Source: Mammaliicoccus sp. Dog046
GTDB taxonomy: Bacteria > Bacillota > Bacilli > Staphylococcales > Staphylococcaceae
Assembly: GCF_034039665.1 (NCBI RefSeq)
Contig: NZ_CP120131.1
Coordinates: 490,206-522,205 of the forward strand
Direction of reading: 5' to 3'
Length of the DNA stretch: 32,000 nt
The translations under genes were made by a program, and so were the position numbers. The first letter of the stretch is position 1, and every line of letters begins with the position of its first letter. The notes beneath the pieces were generated by a model. The model was not told the origin of the DNA and made no database searches. It saw nothing but the letters and a program-made list of their open reading frames with translations. This document shows, in pieces, positions 25,827 to 32,000 of this stretch.

Positions 25827-26969
25827 TTCAAACATACCTTTTCTTATTACTTCATATTCGGATACCATTTGTTTTCCTTTTGCAAGTACGTCTTTAACGC
25901 GGTGTTTTTCGGTGTCTAATATGAGAATATCAGCGTCATAGTTTACTTCTATGTGTCCTTTGTGATGAAGTGTGAGGACTTTTGCGACGTTTGAGGTGAA
26001 CATAGCGATGATGTCTTCTTGATTAGCATGTGTATCTAATAAATTAAATAATTGTTGTGTAAGCATGCTGCATTTCGCGACATCATAACCGACTAATTTA
26101 TTACGTTCATCAAATTTAGGTAAGCTACCGTGACCATCTGAAGATATAGTAAGTCTAGATAAATCACCGTCATGTTTTTTGAAATAATCCACGCATTCAA
26201 CGGTATTGTCACTAGCCGTTAAATCAACGTACACGCCTTGATGACTCAAGTTGACGCCTTCTTTTAACAGATTTAATGCCTTATCGAAATGAGTGACATA
26301 CATTTTGTTTGGTTTGACATCATAATGATCTAACAGTTCATATATTTGATCTAATTGATGCTTCCCCGTTCCTAAATGGAAGTGAGTGACACCAGCTTTA
26401 CCGCTTAACATACCGCCAACAGTTGTCTCGGATACAATCCTTGCAAGCTCTTGAGTTGTTGGTATGGATGATCTGAAATCGTTAATGGCAACTTCACCAG
26501 TTCCTATAACTTTATCGATTAATAACAGATCTTCTTGAATAGATTGCGTTAATGTTGTGATGGGCAAGTGATAATTTCCTGTATACATATAAGTAGAAAC
26601 ACCTTCAGCTTCTAAGGCTTTTGCTTTTGAATAAAGGTTCGTGAGCGTGCGAGATAGACCATCCGTGCCAATTAAACCTACAACGCTGGTGATACCATTT
26701 TTAATTAAATCTGTTAAATTTACTTCAGGTGTACGTGTCATATATCCAGCTTCTCCACCACCTCCAAGTAAATGAATATGGGGATCGATGATTCCTGGCA
26801 TAATGGTATGGTCTTTCGCGTCAATTGTAATAAAGTCTGGATCTATCTTTTTTAATGCGGTTATATCTATATTACCAATTTTGATGATTGTTTTACCTTG
26901 AATGAGTATAGGTTTCTGACCGATATACTTTGGCGAATAAATTTCTCCATTAATAATGAGCGTAAACAT
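25824..26969 (-). CDS. iadA: Isoaspartyl dipeptidase / beta-aspartyl peptidase (amidohydrolase superfamily)
   Basis: ATG 26969 preferred (SD AGGAGG); the track extends to 27029. 381 aa. PGIIDPHIHLLGGGGEAG is the IadA metal-binding signature. Confidence 0.85.
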   Translation of the reverse strand: MFTLIINGEIYSPKYIGQKPILIQGKTIIKIGNIDITALKKIDPDFITIDAKDHTIMPGIIDPHIHLLGGGGEAGYMTRTPEVNLTDLIKNGITSVVGLIGTDGLSRTLTNLYSKAKALEAEGVSTYMYTGNYHLPITTLTQSIQEDLLLIDKVIGTGEVAINDFRSSIPTTQELARIVSETTVGGMLSGKAGVTHFHLGTGKHQLDQIYELLDHYDVKPNKMYVTHFDKALNLLKEGVNLSHQGVYVDLTASDNTVECVDYFKKHDGDLSRLTISSDGHGSLPKFDERNKLVGYDVAKCSMLTQQLFNLLDTHANQEDIIAMFTSNVAKVLTLHHKGHIEVNYDADILILDTEKHRVKDVLAKGKQMVSEYEVIRKGMFE

Positions 26970-27069
26970 AGTTAGCCTCCTGAAAATGTAGTTGTTACAT
27001 ATTTTAAAATAAGTGGAATTTGAAATCAAAATTTATAAATTTGTATAATAAATATTATGAAATTCGATA

Positions 27070-27086
27070 TGTAATATAATTGTAAT
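27070..27086 (+). promoter_or_regulatory. Direct repeat matching the WalR-type consensus TGTWAH-N5-TGTWAH
   Basis: TGTAAT-ATAAT-TGTAAT lies about 20 nt upstream of a putative -35 (ATGACA 27107-27112, with TATAAT at 27130-27135) of the protease gene. It could occur by chance in AT-rich DNA. Confidence 0.25.
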
Positions 27087-27175
27087 ATAAATTTACACTT
27101 TTGTTGATGACATTTGCTTCGCGAATATATATAATTGACTTGTACTTATTCAGAATTTGTATAGGGGTGGATTTG

Positions 27176-28723
27176 ATGAAGAATCAAAAGAAAGTATTAT
27201 CAGTTGGCTTTGCATCAGTAATCGCATTATCTTTAGGGGTATCACACATAGCAAATGCAGCAGAAAATAGTCCGATAGATCAAAAGGAATTAAAATCAAT
27301 TCCTAAGTTGGACGTAAACAGTAAGTCAGAAGCACAAGAGGTTCTAAGTCAATTACCAGGAAATGCAAACATTAAAAAAAGCTACAAACAGTTTGCGGTA
27401 ACTAATGAATTCCGAGATAAGTTAGGTTTTACACATTACACACTTAAACCGAAAGTCGATAACTATCTTGTTGAAGATAAAGAAGTAAAGATACATACGA
27501 ATGGCAAAAAGGAGTTAGAACTCGTAAATGGTGATGTAAATACAGATAAAGTTACTTATACGAATAAGCAAAGTTTATCTAAGCAAGACGCAATCAATAA
27601 GGCTTTTAACAGTATTGGTAAAAGTCAAAATGAAGTTAAAAATGTTAAAGGCAAACAAGTCATTAATAAAAATGAATTGGTGATAAATGCCAAGAAGAAA
27701 AAGCTCGTTTATAATGTTGAAGTAATTTATTTAGAGCCTGAACCAGCACGATGGGAAATTAAAATCGATGCAGAAACAGGAGATGTAATAAGTAAGCAGA
27801 ATAAAATTGAGCATGTTGTAGGTAGTGGGAAAGGTGTTAATGGAGATACGAAAGAACCATTGAATTTAACAAAAGTAACTAATGGTTATGACCTTCAAGA
27901 TATGACACATACTGGAGCTATTCAAACGTATGATGCGAAAGGTGGTAAATCAAGTGCATCCTTAATGACAGATCCAGATACGACATTCAATGATGCAAAC
28001 CAAGCTGCCGGTGTAGATGCACATTTTAATGCAGCTAAAACATATGATTATTATTTGAATACGCATCAACGTGATAGTTATGATGGCAACGGTGCACCAA
28101 TTAATTCTATCGTTCATTATGACAAGGATTATAATAATGCCTTTTGGAATGGACAATATATGGTATATGGAGACGGTGATGGAACAACATTTACATCATT
28201 ATCTGCTGCCGATGACGTTGTCGCACATGAATTGACACATGCTGTCACTGAACATAGTGCAGGACTTGTGTATGAGAATCAACCTGGCGCATTAAATGAA
28301 TCTATGTCTGATGTGTTTGGCTATTTTGTAGATCCAGATGATTGGTTGATGGGTGAAGATGCTTATACACCTGGAAAATCTGGAGATGGTTTAAGAAGTT
28401 TATCTAATCCAGAACAATATAATCAACCCGCACATATGGATAATTATCAAAACTTACCAAACACAGAACAAGGTGACTATGGTGGTGTCCACATTAATAG
28501 TGGTATTCCAAATAAAGCAGCTTACTTAACAATTACAAAAGTAGGTAAAGAAAAGTCAGAAGCGATTTATTATAGAGCGTTAACAGAATATCTGTCTTCT
28601 AATTCTTCTTTCTTAGACGCAAAATACGCTTTGAAACAGGCTGCATCTGATTTATACGGTGCAAATTCAACTGAGGAACAAGAAGTCATAAAAGCTTGGG
28701 AATCAGTAGGTATTACTGGATAA
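27176..28723 (+). CDS. Secreted M4 (thermolysin/aureolysin-family) zinc metalloprotease, prepro form
   Basis: ATG 27176 preferred (SD AGGGGTGG). Signal peptide ends ...VSHIANA. A propeptide of about 200 aa follows. Catalytic HELTHAV plus NESMSDVF, and a C-terminal helical domain. Confidence 0.95.
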   Translation: MKNQKKVLSVGFASVIALSLGVSHIANAAENSPIDQKELKSIPKLDVNSKSEAQEVLSQLPGNANIKKSYKQFAVTNEFRDKLGFTHYTLKPKVDNYLVEDKEVKIHTNGKKELELVNGDVNTDKVTYTNKQSLSKQDAINKAFNSIGKSQNEVKNVKGKQVINKNELVINAKKKKLVYNVEVIYLEPEPARWEIKIDAETGDVISKQNKIEHVVGSGKGVNGDTKEPLNLTKVTNGYDLQDMTHTGAIQTYDAKGGKSSASLMTDPDTTFNDANQAAGVDAHFNAAKTYDYYLNTHQRDSYDGNGAPINSIVHYDKDYNNAFWNGQYMVYGDGDGTTFTSLSAADDVVAHELTHAVTEHSAGLVYENQPGALNESMSDVFGYFVDPDDWLMGEDAYTPGKSGDGLRSLSNPEQYNQPAHMDNYQNLPNTEQGDYGGVHINSGIPNKAAYLTITKVGKEKSEAIYYRALTEYLSSNSSFLDAKYALKQAASDLYGANSTEEQEVIKAWESVGITG

Positions 28724-28927
28724 AATAATTGAATTTTTACAAGCATCACATTAAAATATAAATAAGGAATAGCACGACTTAATCTTGATATTTAGAAGTA
28801 GTTTTTTCAGTATGACAATCATCTTGTATATATTCACCGGGAAGAATAATACTTGATGCGTAAAGAACAATTATATGATTTTCTAAATCAAATGAGTTTG
28901 CTTATTCGAAAAAAATGGGGGAGTTAC

Positions 28928-29770
28928 ATGATGAAACTAGGAGAACGAGTTAAACAAAGAAGAATTGACTTAAAGCTTTCACAACAAACGTTGGCGAAAG
29001 ATATTGCAACTCAAAGTCAAATATCTAAAATTGAAAAAAATGAATTACAACCAGGATCACAATTACTATTTAATATGTCTAGACGATTAAATTGTAGTAT
29101 GGATTATTTGTTTAATGGTAATGAGTTAGATAACCAGTTTGAACAAAAATTGAAAGTCATCGAACGATTACTTAGTAAGCAAGACTATGATGCACTTATT
29201 CCATTGTTAGATGGTAATTATTTATCTAATGGATCTACAGATGAAATAGCTGCTATTAAATGGGTTAGAGCGATGATCGCACAACATAAATATGATAATC
29301 TTGACGAAGCAATTGAAAATATAGATGAGTCATATGATTTGTTGAATTCAAATATGTATGAAAGATTACAAGTAAGTATTTGTGATGCAAAAGCAAGATT
29401 TCATTTTGAAAAAGGTAACAATGATGTTGCAAAAGCAGCTTTAGAACAAGGTTTGCAAATTGCTAAACGCTATAATGTGGATGAGAAATATTCAATCCAC
29501 TTATTATACTTGTTATCAAATATGTATTTAACTGAAAATAGTTTCGATAGATGTTTAGCTTATGCACAAGCGGCATTAGATTTAACAATTAAATCAAATA
29601 ATTACGAGTTATATAGTGAAATTGTATATAACATAGTTAAATCAAAAATCGAAATGGGTATTAACAATGATAGTGACGTGAAACAATTAGATGTAGCACT
29701 ATACTTAAGTGATGCTTCTAAGAAATATAATGTTTCTATCTTAATTAGAGATTTAATGAAATTACAATAA
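28928..29770 (+). CDS. XRE-family HTH regulator with a C-terminal TPR-like helical-repeat domain (Rgg/PlcR-like architecture)
   Basis: ATG 28928 preferred (SD GGGGGAG, 6-7 nt upstream); the track starts at 28853. 280 aa. HTH: LGERVKQRRIDLKLSQQTLAKDIATQSQISKIEKNE. About 210 aa of helical repeats follow (for example IHLLYLLSNMYLTENSFDRCLAYAQAALDL). Confidence 0.75.
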   Translation: MMKLGERVKQRRIDLKLSQQTLAKDIATQSQISKIEKNELQPGSQLLFNMSRRLNCSMDYLFNGNELDNQFEQKLKVIERLLSKQDYDALIPLLDGNYLSNGSTDEIAAIKWVRAMIAQHKYDNLDEAIENIDESYDLLNSNMYERLQVSICDAKARFHFEKGNNDVAKAALEQGLQIAKRYNVDEKYSIHLLYLLSNMYLTENSFDRCLAYAQAALDLTIKSNNYELYSEIVYNIVKSKIEMGINNDSDVKQLDVALYLSDASKKYNVSILIRDLMKLQ

Positions 29771-29892
29771 TATCATTTCAACTCCTTGTATTTATTCGAG
29801 AATCGCTTTAAAAGGCATTTTATAATTGACGCGTACTACTTTGTCATGTAACCTTTTAAAGTATTCAAGATATATTTACAAGGAGATTTTTT

Positions 29893-31182
29893 ATGGAACA
29901 AATAGATAAGAAAGGTTCTTTCATAGCACTATTGCCGTTAATTGTGTTTGTTTTTCTGTTTATAGGAACAGGAGTAATTAAGAAAGACTTTGAATTCTTA
30001 CCATTAAATGTAGCAATTTTGATTGCTGCTGTATTCGCATGTGCAATGTATCCAAAGACACCATTAGCTAAGAAATTAGATATTTTTACAAAAGGTGCAG
30101 CACATCCAAATATATTATTAATGGTATTTGTATTTTTACTTGCAGGTGCTTTTAGTGAAACAGCAAAAAGTATGGGTGCGGTCAGTTCTACAGTTAATTT
30201 AGGATTATCATTAATACCTGGACAATTCCTATTAGCAGGACTATTTATCGTAGGTGCATTCATCTCAGTTGCTATGGGTACATCAATGGGTACAGTAGCA
30301 GCATTAGCGCCAGTGGGTGTTGGTATATCAGAAGCGACAGATATATCATTAGCACTAACAACAGCAACTGTTGTCGGAGGTGCAATGTTTGGTGATAATT
30401 TATCAATGATTTCAGATACGACAATTGCTGCAGTTCGAACGCAACAAACTAAGATGAGCGATAAATTTAAAATGAATTTCTTGATCGTTTTACCAGGTGC
30501 TATTATAACTATTTTTATACTATGGTTTATCACACGAGATGCTGGTATATCTGATGCCAGTCATGGTGGTTATAGTTTAATTAAAGTCATTCCATATCTA
30601 TTTGTATTAATAAGTGCTCTATGTGGAATGAACGTATTGCTCGTATTAGTATTAGGTATCGTCGTCGCAAGTTTAATTGGCTATATAGATGGCTCATTTA
30701 CACTTGCAGAAAATTTAAAAGCCATTTCAGACGGCTTAATCGGTATGCAAGATATTTCTATGATTGCGCTATTAATAGGTGGAATGATAGGGATTATTGA
30801 ATATAACGGTGGCATTACTTGGCTATTGAACGCAGTGACGAAAAAAGTAAAATCCAAACGCGGTGCAGAATTTGGCATTGCTGGATTAGTCAGTGTGACT
30901 GACTTAGCAACTGCAAACAATACAATTTCTATTATTACAACAGGACCATTAGCAAAAGAAATTGCGGATGATTATAATATTGATCCTAGAAAATCAGCCA
31001 GTATATTAGATATATTTGCAAGTACGATACAAGGAATTATTCCTTACGGTGCGCAAGTATTAGCAGCAACAAGTGTAGCAGGCATATCGACAATGTCATT
31101 GTTACCATATACATTCTATCCATATTTACTAGGCATATGCGGAATCGTATCAATCATTATTGGTTATCCGAGAAAAAAGTAG
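29893..31182 (+). CDS. Na+/H+ antiporter NhaC family protein
   Basis: 429 aa, about 11-12 TM. SD AAGGAG. Pattern FISVAMGTSMGT...GGAMFGDNLSMISDTTI is typical of NhaC. Confidence 0.85.
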   Translation: MEQIDKKGSFIALLPLIVFVFLFIGTGVIKKDFEFLPLNVAILIAAVFACAMYPKTPLAKKLDIFTKGAAHPNILLMVFVFLLAGAFSETAKSMGAVSSTVNLGLSLIPGQFLLAGLFIVGAFISVAMGTSMGTVAALAPVGVGISEATDISLALTTATVVGGAMFGDNLSMISDTTIAAVRTQQTKMSDKFKMNFLIVLPGAIITIFILWFITRDAGISDASHGGYSLIKVIPYLFVLISALCGMNVLLVLVLGIVVASLIGYIDGSFTLAENLKAISDGLIGMQDISMIALLIGGMIGIIEYNGGITWLLNAVTKKVKSKRGAEFGIAGLVSVTDLATANNTISIITTGPLAKEIADDYNIDPRKSASILDIFASTIQGIIPYGAQVLAATSVAGISTMSLLPYTFYPYLLGICGIVSIIIGYPRKK

Positions 31183-31196
31183 AGAAATAAATGAAG

Positions 31197-31232
31197 GAAA
31201 GATGCTAGGACAATGTCCTAGCATCTTTTTTG
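31197..31232 (+). terminator. Rho-independent terminator of nhaC
   Basis: GATGCTAGGAC (31201-31211) pairs with GTCCTAGCATC (31215-31225), followed by T6. Confidence 0.85.
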
Positions 31233-31234
31233 AT

Positions 31235-31430
31235 GAGATATCGTGCGATTGGATATGAAACGCACGAAGAGTTAGGGGTTAGTGCTGAGATATCGTGCGA
31301 TTGGATATGAAACGCACGAAGAGTTAGGGGTTAGTGCCGAGATATCGTGCGATTGGGTATGAAACGCACGAAGAGTTAAGGGTAAGTGCCGGGATATCGT
31401 GCGATTGAGTGTAAATCGCACGATATCCCG
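31235..31430. repeat. Tandem array 6: 3.8 units of 52 bp sharing the CGTGCG/CGCACG hairpin core of array 2
   Basis: Units start at 31235, 31287, 31339 and 31391. The last unit is a perfect 16-bp-stem palindrome, CGGGATATCGTGCGAT-N8-ATCGCACGATATCCCG (31390-31429). Confidence 0.95.
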
Positions 31431-31444
31431 ACGTGCAAACAAAA

Positions 31445-31485
31445 ATAAAGAGGCTGGGACATAATATATGTCTCAGCCTCTTTTA
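31445..31485. terminator. Terminator hairpin (GGCTGGGACATAATATATGTCTCAGCC family)
   Basis: AAAGAGGCTGGGACAT (31447-31462) pairs with ATGTCTCAGCCTCTTT (31468-31483). Confidence 0.85.
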
Positions 31486-31490
31486 GTATC

Positions 31491-31610
31491 TTGGCAGTAG
31501 ATGGCTGAGTTAAAAATGCGCTTGTATCAAGCTTTTTTCAACTCTAGTCATCCTTGCCGGGGCGAGACTACGAAATCTTTTTTTATAAATTAGATTTCTG
31601 TCCCGCTCCC
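31491..31610. other. Structured GC-richer intergenic element (nested imperfect hairpins) downstream of amt
   Basis: Small hairpin GCTTG-TAT-CAAGC plus T6 (31520-31538). Long imperfect hairpin GGGGCGAGACTACGAAATCT (31559-31578) pairs with AGATTTCTGTCCCGCTCCC (31592-31610). Confidence 0.4.
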
Positions 31611-31624
31611 TTTTCTTACATCTA

Positions 31625-32000
31625 TTATGCTCTTTTTTCTTCTAATTCATACCCGTAAGCTGTTTCACCATGGAAGGCTGCATCTAATCCTTCTAGTTCT
31701 GATTTTTCATCTGTTCTTAAAGTAGTGAATATACTAATCACTTTAGCGATTGCATATGTCATGATACCACTAAAAGCGATTGTAACGACAACTGCTACGA
31801 TTTGAATAACGACTGGCATGATGCCACCACCGAATAATGTACCGTCTGTTATTGTTGGATTGACACTTGAATTTTGGAATAATCCTGTTCCGATTGCGCC
31901 TACAACACCACCGAAACCGTGTAATCCAAATGCGTCTAATGCATCATCATAATTTAATAATACTTTTAAGTGAGTAATAACGTAATAACAAACTAGTCCG
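31625..32000 (-). CDS. amt: Ammonium transporter (Amt family), C-terminal part; 5' end lies outside the window
   Basis: The minus-strand frame stays open to the window edge. It translates to ...YDDALDAFGLHGFGGVVGAIGTGLF...GLDAAFHGETAYGYELEEKRA*, containing the Amt signature. Confidence 0.9.
   Translation of the reverse strand, partial: GLVCYYVITHLKVLLNYDDALDAFGLHGFGGVVGAIGTGLFQNSSVNPTITDGTLFGGGIMPVVIQIVAVVVTIAFSGIMTYAIAKVISIFTTLRTDEKSELEGLDAAFHGETAYGYELEEKRA

Noticed and set aside
27101-27175. Longer N-terminal extensions offered by the ORF track (27101, 27029, 28853, 8661, 21380, 23290, 18626, 13316, 20518)
   Set aside because: In each case an internal start has a properly spaced Shine-Dalgarno sequence. 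That start yields the family-typical N-terminus (a signal peptide, an HTH or MIDIHNH, for example). The extended versions add non-homologous residues or overlap the upstream gene.
29865-30533. 222-aa minus-strand ORF antisense to nhaC (and 30681..30920)
   Set aside because: It is a shadow frame of a membrane-protein gene, with no SD or recognisable motifs. The NhaC frame carries family signatures.
1-32000. Mobile element, prophage or defence island
   Set aside because: There are no transposase, integrase, recombinase, phage structural, restriction-modification, toxin-antitoxin or cas-like ORFs. Composition looks uniform and the gene content is housekeeping.

Overview
AT-rich (about one-third G+C by eye) Firmicute chromosomal segment, almost certainly a Staphylococcus. 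This rests on the gene order DUF47-Pit / LysM-CHAP SsaA-like / BI-1 / YebC, which I recall from S. aureus, plus an aureolysin-type M4 protease and staphylococcal-style terminators. I call 29 protein genes, two of them truncated by the window ends. Nearly all are ordinary core functions. Transport: Pit, CorA, NhaC, Amt, three MFS pumps and a HlyD adaptor. Regulators: TetR, LysR, HxlR, YebC and an XRE-TPR protein. Metabolism: MetE-like, PurU, ROK fructokinase, IadA, SDR, nitroreductase, GNAT and MOSC. Envelope: UppP, a LysM-CHAP hydrolase and a membrane-anchored PLD. I see no rRNA, tRNA, CRISPR array, IS, transposase, integrase, phage genes or obvious defence island. The unusual content is non-coding. 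Six tandem arrays of hairpin-bearing 39-52 bp units (one array built as a 130-bp composite) come from five unrelated sequence families. They fill about 2 kb of gene 3' regions, mostly between convergent genes. Alongside them is a family of near-identical bidirectional terminators. Secondary leads are four. First, an Rgg/PlcR-like HTH-TPR regulator sits next to the secreted M4 protease, with a speculative divergent 23-codon peptide ORF. Second, a TetR-controlled pair combines a minimal HlyD adaptor with a DHA2 MFS pump that carries an extra TM plus acidic N-terminal extension. Third, the PLD protein has a polylysine tail and a probably extracellular catalytic domain. Fourth, there is an orphan CpsB-type tyrosine phosphatase. 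All functional calls come from motif recognition by eye, and no database search was possible.
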